64,000 nt of DNA. It comes from Vicugna vicugna (taxonomy: Eukaryota). Location: NCBI GenBank assembly GCA_013265495.1, contig MU058241.1, positions 993,249 through 1,057,248 of the forward strand. Direction: 5' to 3'. The stretch's first letter is position 1, and each line of letters opens with the position of its first letter. Shown one piece after another: positions 1-12,917 of the stretch. Position numbers and translations under genes: made by a program. The notes beneath the pieces were generated by a model, which was given only the letters and a program-made list of their open reading frames with translations, was not told where the DNA came from and ran no database searches.

Positions 1-640
1 CTTCTCCCACCACCACCGAGACACCAATGAGCACCGTACCATCAGGCTCATCTCCAGACCACTTCTCAAGGGCATCTAACTTGTTCCACGCACCACAGGG
101 CACCTGCACACGAGCCCTCTTTGTCTCTGAGCTCAATTACTGTGACAGCCCTCGTCCCCTTCTTGTGTTTCTGTTCTCTCTCTTGTTCTTAAGGAACGGC
201 TGAGACTCAGTACTTCTGAAAAAGCCCTACAAGATAGCCCTCCTTTTACCCTCCCTATTTACCGTGTGCTCTGCCTCCAGCTCGTAATGCCCGGCCGCTC
301 CCATCCCATACATTCTAACTCAGTGACGGCCTCTCGGTCCCTTTATCACCCATGCACCGTGTGCTCTGGGAGCGTGCCCTGGACAACTCACACCACCCTC
401 GTCCCAAGCCCTGCTCCCGCTGGCCTGATGAACAAACACCAACCCATCAGGAAAACCTTTTCTGGCCCACAACACCAGGCAGGTCTATCGACAGAATGTG
501 TCACGTTTTAAGGGCATATCTTTGTGAATATTTGTTTAGTATCTGACTCCCCACTAGTTGGATGGCTCCCTGAAAGCAGCGTGACTTGAGTTTCAATCAA
601 GTAGTAAGCGCCCTAAAAAGGTTTGTTTACTGAGTGCTTT
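1..640 (+). mobile_element. Degraded L2 LINE 3' region
   Basis: Pyrimidine-rich sequence ending in an L2-like terminus (ctccccactag...ctccctgaaagcag...gtagtaagcgccctaaaaaggtttgtttactgagtg). Confidence 0.45.
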
Positions 641-2499
641 AAAGTTTCTCTTGGTTTTTATCTTTTTAAAATTTTCCTACTCAAAGTTGTAACCAAGAAT
701 AGCACCTCTCCATTTTCTCACTGATTTCTGATTCCTCCTCTGCCATCATCCTCCACAAAGAAAACTGAGCACAGATCTGACAGAACTGGGCACTGGCTGT
801 GTCTTTCCAATTTAAACAGAAAAATTCCTTTCATTCAAACGAAAGCAGACTTTCCACGAAGCCGCACATTCTGCTGTCTTCCTGTTGCAGCTTTCTCAGT
901 AATTTCTTGAAAATCATGACACCACTGTCAACCCTTCTGTGTCAAAAGCAAAGGTATCAGCATGACTCACAAAAAAAGCCGTTTATTAAATGTCCACAAC
1001 GAGAATATCCAAAAACTCATTTAAAGATTCAGTCCAAGATGTAGTGCTATGCACTTAAGCAGAAGTTGGACTTTTTCTAGATTTAGTTTTAAAGAGCAAC
1101 GAGAAAAAATAAGGTAAAATAAATGAAACAGCTCCATGGGCCCATCTTCATCTTTCCAACAACTCCCCACACACGCCCCGTCACAGGCTTAGGTACCGAC
1201 CTCTCAGCCCGTCGACCACTTCGTCACATTCACCTCGGCCATGCTGGCAATAACTAGGCTCAAAATGACAAAACCCAAAGAATTCTTCCCTGGTGTCCTC
1301 ACAGCATTTGGCCAAGTCTTCTCATCTGGCACGTTCGATCTGCACAGGGCTTCTGAAACAAATTCAGGAGCACTTCTGTGACAGGACAAGCACACCTGTC
1401 TTTCATCGTCACAACCACTCACTCCCGTCAGCTTTGGCAGAGTGGACCATACCCACAAGGAAGACACAGGGCTGTCAGCTTCTCATTAATGGAACACTTT
1501 CATAACACATCTGCCTTCACATGTATACATACCAGGCATGGCTAAGAACAAGCAGACGCTGAAATACGGTCAATGCGTCTCTGCACTATGGAAATTTTTT
1601 TATAGCAACAAGTTCTTTAAAAGCATACCCAAGCACACACATAAAGGTACCGTACAAATTCTTCCGATGTGAGTTTGATACAATAAAACGTAAGTGTGAC
1701 CAACACAACTACATAATTCCTGGATGTTTAAATATGTGGAGGAACCCTTCAAATACAGCTGAAGGGTTGAACACTACGGGGAAAACCATGACACCCAGTG
1801 GCTAAAGACCTTCAATGCCGCACGAATTTTTCTGTGTCCTCTCTCTGTCACAGTCGTGCCCGTGTTGATCTGATCATCAAGTTATCTATTTATTTACAGA
1901 AATTCATGATATTGAAATAGCTGATGCATTCATGAGCAATTCTGTATTTTCACATGCATGTGTAATTTTACCTTTTATTTGAAAGATCGTGGATGCCAAC
2001 GTTGTATACTTTGTGCACTGACAGTTCTGTCTGCTGATGCAGGCGCTACGTGAGGACACCTCTTAAAGATACATACCCACTTGCAGAGAGCCTCCTAATC
2101 TCCATGCATGATCAGAATTCACTCTGTGCTAGCCCACTTTATTTTTCCCCTTTGAAAAACCTTCAGAGAAAAGTGTTACTTCACTTGGCGAACCAATAAC
2201 GGAAGCAGACCTCATTTATGTAACTGGGCAGAGCATCACCTGATGAACAGGGCCCTCTGGGAACAGGTAAGTCTATTCACACCTTTGCTGCCTCTCTTTT
2301 TTGGGGTCAATTTCATGTATTACTGTTTTTTCTCCTGGGTGTGATCACTCAGATAAACCCGAGAAGGTATATTAGTTTTTAAAGAAAAAATTCCAATCAG
2401 ATTCCAGCCTTCTCAAAAAAATGATTTGTAACTCTGAGCATGTTCCTTAAGCCCCTGAAATTTTATTGTCTTTACTTGAAATCTTGGATTATACTTTAC

Positions 2500-4025
2500 T
2501 ATTTTATTTTATGCACCATGCAAAGTTATATTGTTGACTATATTCCCTGGGCTGTACATTATATCGCTGTGACTTATTTATTTTTGTAACTGGTATTTTG
2601 TTTGTTGGTTTTGCTTTTTTCTTTGGTGGGGCAGGGTAATTACCTTTATTCATGTATTTATTTTAATGGAGGCACTGGGGATTGAACCCAGGACCTCATG
2701 CAGGCTAGGCATGCACCCTACCACTGAGCTACACCCTCTCTGCTCTAACTGGTATATTGTATTTCTTACTCCCCTCACCTGTTTTATCCATCCTTCCACC
2801 CCACCTCCCTTCTGGCAACCATTAGATTGTTCTCTGTGTCTATGAGTCTGTTTGTTTTATTTGTCCTTTTGGTTTGTTTTTCACATTCCACGTATAAGTA
2901 AAAACATACAGCACTTGTCTTTCTCTGTCTGACTTACTTTACTAAGCACGATACACGCCCCCCCACCCAAGTCCAGCAATATTGCTGCAAATGGCAGAAT
3001 TCCATTCTTTCCTATGGCTGAACAGTAGTTCACTGTGTGTGTATGTGTGTGTACATAAACACAAAATGGGATATCCATTATCCAACAGGATATCCATTAT
3101 TCATTCATCTACTGATGGACACTTAGACTGCTTCCATGTTTTGGCTATTGTTAACTAATGCTGCCAGGACCATAGGGGTGCATGTATCTTTCCAAATTAG
3201 TGTTTCTGTTTTCTTTGGATAAATACCCAAGAGTGGAATTGCTGGATCATTCAGTAGTTCTACTGTTAATTTTTCTGAGGAAACTCCATACTGTTTTCCC
3301 TAGTGGCTACACAAAACAACATTCCCACCAACAGTGCACAAGGGTTCCCTTTTCTGTGCCTCCTCAGCGACACTTGTTATTTCTTGTCTTTTTCATGACA
3401 GCCGTTCTGACAGGAGTGAAGTGATAGTTCATTGTGGTTCTGATTTGCATTTCCCTAATGATTACTGATGTTGAACAGTTCACTGCACCTGTTGGCCATC
3501 TGTAAGTCTTATCTGGAAAATATCTACTCATATTCCTGCCCATTTTTCAATCAGATCGTTTATTTTTTGATATTGAGTTGTGAGTTCTTTATATACGTTG
3601 TCTATTAACCCCTTATCAGACGTATCATTGGCAAACCTCTTCTATTCAGTAGGTTGCCTTTTTGTTTTATTGATGGTTTCTTTCACTATGCAAGAGCTTT
3701 TTTTTTGTTTTTTTCTGCTAGTCCCATTTAATTTTGCTTTTGTTTCCCTTGTCTGAGGAGACAGATCCAAAAAAAAGTATTCTTAAAACTGATGTCAAAG
3801 AATGTACTGGCTTATATTTTGTTCTAGGAGTTTTATGGTTTCAGGACTTACATTTAAGTCTTTAAATCATTTTGAGTTAATTTTTGTTAATTTTTGTATT
3901 GTGGTCCAGTTTTTTTGGGTTTTTTTTTGGCTTATAACTGTCCAGTTTTCCCAAAACCACTTATTAAAGAGACTGTCTTTCCCCATTGTATATTCTTATC
4001 TCCTTTGTCAAAAACTATTTTGTGT
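2500..4025 (-). mobile_element. L1 fragment (L1MA-like 3' UTR plus end of ORF2), interrupted by a SINE
   Basis: Typical antisense L1 3' motifs: 'ctgcttccatgttttggctattg', 'ggataaatacccaagagtggaattgctggatcat', 'cattcccaccaacagtgcacaagggttccc', 'gagactgtctttccccattg'. Confidence 0.9.
2597..2745 (-). mobile_element. tRNA-derived camelid SINE (vic-1-like) inserted in L1
   Basis: Reverse complement has A-box/B-box (gtagctcagtggtag...ggttcaatcccc) and an A-rich tail. TSD taactggtat at 2587-2596 and 2746-2755. Confidence 0.88.
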
Positions 4026-5947
4026 GGTCTATTTCTCCAGTCCCAGAATACAAGTTCTAATTGGCTTTCAATGACCTGTACCATACACCAAGCCCAACCC
4101 ACAGGAGGCTAGCAGAGTGTGGTGTCCACGAATGGTTACAGAATAACTGAGGTCTTGATGGGTTATGCCATTTCTAAACCAATTTTTAAATGTGGAAAAA
4201 AAAAACCTAGCAAGCAATAAATAAAAAGCACATATTAAAAAACAAGCATAATACAGCCAAATTTAGGAAAAAAATGATGAAGAACATGGTTTAAATGATT
4301 AAAAAAAAACAATTTTCAAATTGTGGATATGGCAGGAATAGAATTAATTTCTTTTTTTGGTTTTAGGGTCTGTGGAAACTTCATTATAAACAAGCAGGTT
4401 TTTACAGTAATTTTGAAGAAAGGAAGGAAGGAAAAAAGATACACTATAAATTAGGTACACTAACCAAGAGAAATATATAGATAGTATAAATTAATATAAA
4501 CGTGTTTCCACGTGTGAACACAGGGCAATTATCTATCATTTTGGGCCAGTCACATGGAGCTGTGTTTGTTAAACTATGTTATAGTTAATGTTCCTGAAAA
4601 AGATCTGCCCTAAATTCAGCCACTGCTTCACTGATTGATTCATTCATTAATCCATCCATTCACTCAAGATCTCAGCAAATATTTATAGTGATTTTCTTCT
4701 CAGTAAAAGACTCTGCTAACACTGTAAGATATCCACATCTGTTTGATGGTAACCTCGGGCTCTGTAAATTTACAGAAGTGTAGGAAATAATTTTCTTATA
4801 TCAATACATTATATAACTGCACTTAAAATATCAGCTTTAATTTTAAGTAATGGGAAGAAGCAGAAAACAGTTTATATTCACCATCTATTGCATGTGTAAA
4901 TATACAAATATTTACAATATATTATTAAAATGCACACATGGTGTACTAATAAATCATGTTTATGGATTTAGGAAAAAAGGCAGTTACACATACTGAGAGC
5001 CTTTCCTTCTACTAACAAGTTTCTAGATTCTACATTACTGTTTCTGTGTTTGGTAAAACAGTATTACAACCCAAAAGGGAATGATGGGGGGCAGGGGGCT
5101 TGGCCAGATGGCCATGGCTGGAAAAGCAGGTGATCCCATCAAATTCCATTCCAAACGCCTCCAAAGAATCACTCTGAGGCAGTTAGATTCCCTTGTGGCA
5201 GGTGATGAGACTTAGAAATAAGCACATGTATCTACAATGAAAAAGAAATATGCTACAGCACCAATTCACAGCTCTGTGCTAAGCACCTGAAATGATCCAG
5301 AAGAATCTGTGTAACCGTAAATCGGAAATGACACCTATTACAACACAGGGCTGCAGCACGGTCGCGCTGTAAAGTCACGTGAAGCTGTGTAACCTTTGGC
5401 TGATACATTCTTCCAGTCCAAACTGCCGGATACCACGTGCATCTATGATTGGGAACGTGTGTACGAGTCAACAGCCAGTGTTGATACAGCTTCCAATGTC
5501 TGATTTCACTAATGAACCCCGGTGTTCCTCTGTTAGCTCCATGGCAAGGGCAGCGATGTACATGAAACCCTCCTAGACTCAGGAGATGTTCAAGTTAATT
5601 TACTGTAATATAAAGATTATGACATATGATAGATTTTCCTAAATAAGTAATAAGATCTAAAGTAAGATTTTGCTCCTTGTGTAACAGTAATGAATCCAAA
5701 TACATTCAGGTTTTAAGTAAATATCTATCTTCCCTAAGTTAACTTTACCTTAAGCAGCTCCTTTTCTGTTTACACACAAAAATGCTACAAACTCCAATTT
5801 AAAAATCATGTTTTCAATTCGCACTCAAACAATGTATTTTGGGCAAAGAGAATCTTTTAAAAATACATCATAGGTAGATCAACGTTTTCAATTCAACTCA
5901 CAGAAAACAAGCCAAAATGACCTAAAATGAGGAAGAGAGGTTTAGAA

Positions 5948-6163
5948 TAGGGGTCAGTGAATGAGAGCCTGCTGACCAAGCCCAGCCCCCATTTTTGTGT
6001 AAAGGTCTTGCTGGACACAGCCACGTCTGTTAATTCATATACTGTCTATGGCCACTGTCAGACTAGGACAGCAGAGTTGAGCAGCTGATGTAGACACCAC
6101 ACTGCCTGCCAAGTCAGTAATATATACTATCCATCCCCATACAGAAAAGGCTTGCTGGCCCTT
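5948..6163. mobile_element. MER58A-like hAT-Charlie MITE
   Basis: Ends taggggtcag...cttgctggcccttg; internal 'acacagccacgtctgttaattcatatactgtctatggc' and 'gcagagttgagcagctg'. Confidence 0.7.
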
Positions 6164-6170
6164 GGCTTAG

Positions 6171-6362
6171 AGCTGTGGACCTCAAACTTGTATTTGCCTC
6201 AGAATCCCTGGAGGTTTGAGACTTACAGATAAGCTGCCCCCACCCCCCAGGAGAGGTTCTGATTCAGCAGGTCTGAGGAGGGGCCTGAGAATTTGCACTG
6301 TAACCAGCTCCGAAGCCACACTGACACTCCTGGACCAAAGACCACACTGCGAGAAACCCTAC
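6171..6362. mobile_element. MER5A-like hAT-Charlie MITE
   Basis: 'ttctgattcagcaggtctgaggaggggcctgagaatttgca' and 'gaccacactgcgagaaaccct'. Confidence 0.75.
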
Positions 6363-6495
6363 TGAGGACCAAACCTCCCTCTCCGTAGTGGCATCAATTT
6401 CCTCTGCTTACATGACGACACCGTGAAATGGCTGACAACAGTGCTGAATTCGCAACTTTCACGGCACCTTTAATCCAAACGTTATCCATCACCAA

Positions 6496-6629
6496 TTCCT
6501 TTTTCGTTTTTGTTTTTTGAGGGGTAGGTAATTAGCTTTATTTATTTTTACAGGAGGTACTAGGATTGAACCCAGAATCTCGTGCATGCTAAGCACACAC
6601 TCTACCACTTGAGCTATGCCCTCCCCCTT
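6496..6629 (-). mobile_element. tRNA-derived camelid SINE (vic-1-like)
   Basis: Reverse complement reads ggggagggcatagctcaagtggtagagtgtgtgcttagcatgcacgag...ggttcaatcc. TSD catcaccaa at 6487-6495 and 6630-6638. Confidence 0.9.
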
Positions 6630-7989
6630 CATCACCAAGTAATCTTATCAGTTGCTCTCAAGTGCAGGTAATCATTACCCACCTCCCTCACTTGACTGAT
6701 GAGGGGCTTATGTCATCACAGAGGCTAAATGGCTCGTTCTGGAATAGACCCAAAGCCAACAGTAGTGGGGGAATAAAACTCCAGATTTCTTCAGCAATTA
6801 CTGGGCTCAGCAGGTCACATGGTCTTTTCTTAGAAATTCTAGAGTCGCATGATGGAAAAAGAACCAGAGGTCAACTTGCCAGTTGCCTTGCCTCTAAGCC
6901 CTGGGCCGATGCAGGACTCCCCAGCTACTCAGGTTCCTCAATTCCATACTCCAACTACAGAGAGATGGAAGAAAGCAACTTTCCACGCACGCTCAGGGTT
7001 GGAGCTCTCAGTAAGAGCTAGGTGCCGTTTGCTTGCAATTTCAAGAGAATTCAATAAGGGCAAAATGACCTTGAAAATTCAATAAACTCACTCTCTGGCA
7101 GTAAAGTGGTGATTCTGCTTTCTGTGATTACATTCCACTATTTGGGAAAGGATTTTCAATGCCAGTGTTCTCAAGATTATCTACTATACCAGCAGTAAGG
7201 AGTGAAGTTTCTAAAGACATGATTGTGAGTCAATTACACCGTATGACAGCTGTGCAAACTAGGACAATACAGAAGATCTTTTCACAAGTGCCACATCCAG
7301 TCAAAATGCAGACTCAATTAACCCAGATTACCACCCAGATTAGTGACATTAGTATCTTTCAAAACTCTTGGCATAAATGGCCCTTAAAAGAGAAACACAT
7401 TTATGGTTAGTGATTTTAAAAAGATGAAGAGGAAAACAAGAGTAATTCTCAGGTCAAGTTCACAGTTAACTAAAAGCCAGCATTGAGAACATAATGAACG
7501 ATTTAAATTGTCATATGACATGTGAATGTTGAAGCCATCACTTAATGAAGGGTTCAGATATTATCTCCTTCCAAACGCAGAATGGCAGAACTAAAGTTAC
7601 CAAGAGAAAGAACCACAATTCGATTACCATCATTTTGCTTTGGCAGCCACACCTGTCCTTACAAAACATGCCCTTTTCCTGATGGCTGGCATTCCCCACA
7701 ACGGAAAATTCAGTGCAGCTGAGAAAGAACATGAAGCCCCATCGCAATTTCTATGCTGTTAAAGGCATCATCAAGCTTCCAGCAGATAATGAGAACACTG
7801 CAGTACACCAACTTCCAGAAATCCACACCAACCGCCCACATTCCTCTCCACCAAAGGGGGTCTAATACCAGGTAAGAAGTCATACGTTACACCTTAAGAG
7901 GAACATACAGATTTGTATTTCACTCTGATGGCTATCTGGAACCAAACTCATTCCAAAAAGTCATCTACTTGGACACAGTGCTATCTTCA

Positions 7990-8530
7990 GTCAACTTCGT
8001 TTCTTTTTAGCACTGTTAAAATCTGTGGATGCTGTGTTGATTACAGCTCCAGTTCTCAGTGGTGTTATTTCTGCTCCCTGGGCACCAGGAGCCGACCTCT
8101 CACTTGCCCTCATCTCCTCCTGTTCCTCAGTTTGTGGTCCTCTCCTTGATACACAGAGCACTGTTCCTTTCTCCATCTTCCTATTTCTATTAACCTTTCC
8201 CTTGACAGAACAAACCGACCACGATGACTTTGTCATCTGGCTGTCCCCCCACACTGACTGCTCCAAATATTCCCTGTCTTTCCTTCAATCTTTGTCATCA
8301 TTTGGGATGCCTTCGGCTCAGACATCTTGTATCAAGGATTCCTCTCTTTGGCCACCGGTGCTTCTATTCCTCTGGCTCACGTCCTCCTGGAAACATTTTC
8401 CAACTGCAGCCCCTCCATTCCACCTTCCCCCTTCCATCATCCAGCTACTTCCCGTCTCCTCGGGGATCCAGCCAATGCCTTCAGCTCCCGTGCTCTACAC
8501 CCACGCCCCTATCAGAAGTCCATTACTAAA
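7990..8530 (+). mobile_element. Degraded L2 LINE fragment
   Basis: Pyrimidine-rich L2-like sequence (ctcctcctgttcctcag..., cttcccccttccatcatccagctact..., atcagaagtccattactaaac); likely explains the 223-aa low-complexity ORF. Confidence 0.45.
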
Positions 8531-8589
8531 CCAATCTGTGCCACGTATATTGGCGTATGTGTCCTGTATTTGCATTTGTTTAATTATCA

Positions 8590-8700
8590 TTGCCCTTCCA
8601 GAGGTACAGTACCTTCATTTTACAGATGAGAAAACTGAGAAACAAAGCACCTGCCTAGAATTACATGCAAGATTCAGACTGGGCAGCCTAGCCTAGCCTT
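8590..8700. mobile_element. MIR SINE fragment
   Basis: MIR core 'cattttacagatgagaaaactgag'. Confidence 0.7.
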
Positions 8701-9524
8701 CCTCACTGGGGCTTCCATTTCTCTGCACCAGTCAAGACCACAAGCACATCTCTCCTGGTGAATGGGGTGCCGGAGCCCTACAACCCAAACAGTGCAAGTG
8801 GCCAGTACATCAAATGAAGCCAACAATCAGGGAGAAACGTACAAAACACGGAGAACTGAGCAAGGAGAGAGCAACTCCTTGTGGTACTCAGTCTCTGGTT
8901 CTAGGTTTTTAGGCACTTACTATATATCCTTACATTTCTCACATTTTTCTGAGTCTTTGCACAGATGATGCTTTTTTTTTTCCAATGCCTAAACCTTAGG
9001 TCCCATGATTATATCCCTCATTTTCAGCCGAATTATGGACTTTTCTATGAAGAGAAAACTGAAGTTCTCAGATCGGGACTTTTCCTGTGAAAATGACATT
9101 TTCACCTACGAGAGGGGCTAGCTTTCCTTCCGTATCTCCCACTGCAACTGCAAAGATGCCTACTGTCTGCCTGTGTTTTGGAGCCCGCTGATTACTGACG
9201 TCTCACGGTATTTGCTAGATCTGTTATCTGTTCTCCTTCCAGAATTCTGTGCTCTCCCTCTGATGCTTCCTTTCCCACCCACATTTAAAGACACTCATTT
9301 TAAAAATAAGCAAAACAAACCCTCTCCTTCAGCTTCAGGCTACTTCCCAGACTTGTCCTCTTTACACAGCCAGGGGTCCCTACATCTGCATTCTGTGCTT
9401 TCTCAGCTCTCATTAAACTTTCCCTTTAGATGGAAAGAAACCACTCTAAGCAAGAGAGAAAATGCTAAAACACGTTTTTTAAACACTTAGAAACACACTT
9501 TTAAAACATTTAGTAAATCTTTGC

Positions 9525-10050
9525 TTATAGCATAGATTTACAGGAAATTTGCAAGAATGTTAGAGAATTCCCTGTGCTGTTAACATCCTCAACATGCATC
9601 CGGTACTTTGTTACAACTAATGAACTGATAGTGACACATTATGATTAACTCATGTCTATACTTTCTCTGGATTTTCTCAGTTTTTCCTTAATGTCTGCTT
9701 GTTGCACTGGGATCCCAACCAGGGTATTTCACAACTTTCAGTGGTCATATCTTCTCGGTCTCCCTTAGGCTGTGACAATTTCTCAGACTTTCCCTGTTTC
9801 TGATGATCCTAACAGCTTTGAGGGATACAGGCCAGGTAGTCTGTAGAATGTCTTTCAATTTTGGTTTTTCCAGTGCTTTTCTCATGATTAGATGGGGGTT
9901 ATGGGTATTTGGGAGGGAGACCATGAAGGTGAAGTGCCCTTCTCATTCTATTATATCAAGCTTACACGCTGTCAACGTGACATATCCTGGTTGGTGCTGA
10001 CCATCACTGGGCTGATGACACGTTTATCAGGTTTTCTGACTAGAATAACT
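9525..10050 (-). mobile_element. Old L1 3' end (L1MC4-like)
   Basis: 'ctgtgacaatttctcagactttccctgtttctgatgatcc', 'gtctgtagaatgtctttcaattttgg', 'gaaggtgaagtgcccttctcattc'. Confidence 0.7.
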
Positions 10051-10389
10051 TCTCTTCCTTTACTTCTGAGGAACATTTTAAATAATAGAAGATACAAATA
10101 TTTAGCTTTGGAGTATCTAGATCACCAGTGAATGTTGTTACACCTACTGTCTACCTGAGTGTGTGTGAGCAGTCCTTTGTGGAAGTGCACCTTGATTTTG
10201 CACAAGGATAGAGAGGCACAGTGAGAGGGAGAGACACAGAGTAACCCAAGCACTCCAAAGAAGAGAGACTTCAAGTGACCCAGGGAACAAAAGCATCTGG
10301 GATTGAACAAGCACCCTGTGCTGAATGTGGAATCGTGAATTTCAGTGGATGGAGAGGGTTATATTCTTCAATATTTGTGAAGCAAGTTA

Positions 10390-10720
10390 AGTCACTGTAA
10401 TGCAGACTCTAAACACAAAAGTTCAGGTAGGCTAGACGTTTGCTTCTCTCTCATGCAAGAGCCCAGAGGTGGGCGGATGGCCAAGGGCTGGAAGGTTAGC
10501 TTGCCATCCTCAACACATGACAACTGCTCCATTTGTCAACGCTGGTAAACCAACAGGAAGGAAAGATGAATGAAAGGCATCTGTCTTTCTTTCTCAAGAA
10601 TCAGAGGCAGAAATTGTTCATGTAACCACTGTTATATCCCACTGGCCTGACCTTAGCAATGTGAATGCATACCAAGCTACAAAGTAGTGAGGCAGGGCAG
10701 GGTCTAACTGGATGCCCATT
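10390..10720 (-). mobile_element. Old MaLR LTR (MLT1J/K-like)
   Basis: 'gcttctctctcatgcaagagcccagaggtggg' and 'atatcccactggcctgaccttag...ccaagctacaaag'. Confidence 0.45.
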
Positions 10721-10817
10721 TGTTTGCTGAAAGTTGCTTAGGTTTATATGAATAAACAATCTAGAAGAGAATCGCTACTGGGAGAAGAAATACTGGTCAA
10801 AATGAGCAAATCCTTAA

Positions 10818-11335
10818 AGAAGTTGTGGTGTATTTATACAATGGAGTAGTACTCAGCCATAAAAAAGAATAGAATAATGCCATTTGCAGCAACATGGATG
10901 GACCTAGAAATCGTCATTTTAAGTTGAAGCCAGAAAGAGAAAGAAAAATACCACACGATATCACTCTAAAAAATCTAAAAAAAAGAAAAAGAAAAACAAG
11001 GACACTATCAACTCATCTACAAAACAGAAACAGATTCACAGACATAGTAAACAATCTTATGGTTATAGAGGAAAGGGGGTGGGATGGGATAAATTTGGAA
11101 GTTTGAGATTTGCAGATGTTAGCAACTATATATAAAAATAGATTTTTAAAAGTTTCTTCTGTATAGCACAGGGAACTGTGTTCAATATCTGGTGATGATC
11201 TTTAATGAAAAATATATGGAATATATGTATGTATGTGCATGACTGGGACACTGTGCTGTACACCAGAAATTGACATATTGTAACTGACTGTACTTCAATT
11301 AAAAAAAAAAAGGAAAAAAGAAATCAATAACAAAA
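10818..11335 (+). mobile_element. 5'-truncated lineage-type L1 3' end with poly(A)
   Basis: 'tactcagccataaaaaagaat...gccatttgcagcaacatggatggacctag', poly(A) tail. Degenerate TSD aaaatgagcaaatccttaa (10799-10817) / aaaatgagtagatctttaa (11336-11354). Closely similar to the copy at 46 kb. Confidence 0.92.
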
Positions 11336-12384
11336 AAAATGAGTAGATCTTTAACTGAACCCCTGGTGTCAGGTTGTTTCTCATTTTTTCAAATAAAGAG
11401 AGAACATCTGGACCAAAGCTGCAAATTGAATCAGCATCTCGTTGAGTTTACTCATCTGCATCATTATCCAAGCCCCACCCACACATCTTGAGCAAGTGAG
11501 TCAAAGGGGCTGTGATAGAAAAAAACGCACCTGAAGTTTAAGTTTAGCCAGTGACCCTCATCTCTGCTGTTCTCCCCAGAAGCGCAAGGTTAATTTTGCT
11601 TCACTGTTTCAGTAAGGAGGCCTTTTCTACAGGCTTTCAGGTGGGCTTCCTATCATACACATCTTCACTCCGTGGATCGTGCAAAGGTGGGGGATTCTCC
11701 AGGTGCCTCCCCTGTCTGTTCCAACTGTGCACTCAGGTCCTGGGGGAAGGACAGGGTGAGCTCTCTGCCTGCACCCCAATTCTGTGTTTCTCTGACTCCC
11801 AGAATGCCCCACTCTGACTGGTGGGATCATCTACACTCTGGGACCCAAGGGTTGGAATCAGAGGCAGTGTTAAGTACAACCTAAGATACAGTGAATTCCC
11901 CTTTTGTAGTTTTCGGACACCCAGGGAAAGGGTCCCCAGCGCCCTGGAGGAAGGCTCCAGGAGGATGTGTAATCCACACAGGAACACCATCTCAGCTACC
12001 TGGTCTTGGATGCATGGCTTCCCCTCTATGCAGAGGTCTTGGGCTGACTGAGATACTAAGACTGCTTCTGAGCTCAACCTGGCTTCTGTCTCCTAGTCCT
12101 AATGCGTTTCATGTGCAGAGATCAAGTAGGACCAGTAATAAGAGTCTTAAACCCTCCAACACAAAGAAAATGAAAAGAGGATGAGACGGAGGATATGTAA
12201 TGAGTGGACCTATCATGGGACCTGACAACAACTAGGAACACAGAAAAGTGACAGATCTTGTCCTTATACCCTGCTGAAGGTTGTACCTTTTTTACATAAC
12301 CATGCCAATTCTTTATAACGTATTCAGCAAAAGCAACCCTGTGATACCATGCTGAAGTGACTGAATTTAAGGATCTACCGTTGA

Positions 12385-12917
12385 TATTTGTAATTGCCCA
12401 GACATGGAAACAAGCTAAACTTCCATCGAGAGATGACTGGATAAAGATGTTTATTTATACAATGGAATACTACCCAGGTATAAAAAAGAATAAAATATTG
12501 CCATTTACAGCAACATGGATGGACCCAGAGATTGTCACTCTAAGTGAAGTAAGCCAGAAAGAAAGAAAAATACCATATGATATCACTTGTATATGGAGTC
12601 TAAAAAAAATGACACATAATGAACTTATTTACAAAACAGAAACAGACTCGCAGACACAGAAAACAAACTTACGGTTACCAGTGGGTAGAGTGGGTGGAGA
12701 AGGATAAATTGGGAGTTTGGGATTTGCAGATACACACTACTATATATAAAATACATCAACAACAAGGTCCTAGTGTACAGCACAGGGAACTATATTCAAT
12801 AGCTTGTAATAATCTATAATGAAAAAGAACATAAAGAGGAATATATGTGTAACCGAATCACTATGCTGTACACCAGAAATTAACACAACATTGTAAACCG
12901 ACTCTGCTTCAATAAAA
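12385..12917 (+). mobile_element. 5'-truncated L1 3' end
   Basis: 'gatgactggataaag', 'ccatttacagcaacatggatggacccagag', 'cacagggaactatattcaata'. Degenerate TSD aaggatctaccgttga (12369-12384) / aagaacctactgttga (12918-12933). Confidence 0.92.

Noticed and set aside
1201..1375. Minus-strand exon candidate
   Set aside because: Weak donor (gtcggt), stops in all three frames, peptide unrecognised.
2167..2266. Plus-strand exon candidate ending CAG|GTAAGT
   Set aside because: Weak acceptor, unrecognised peptide and no partner plus-strand exons.
8025..8696. 223-aa ORF
   Set aside because: Lies in degraded L2/MIR sequence; S/P/L-rich with no recognisable homology.
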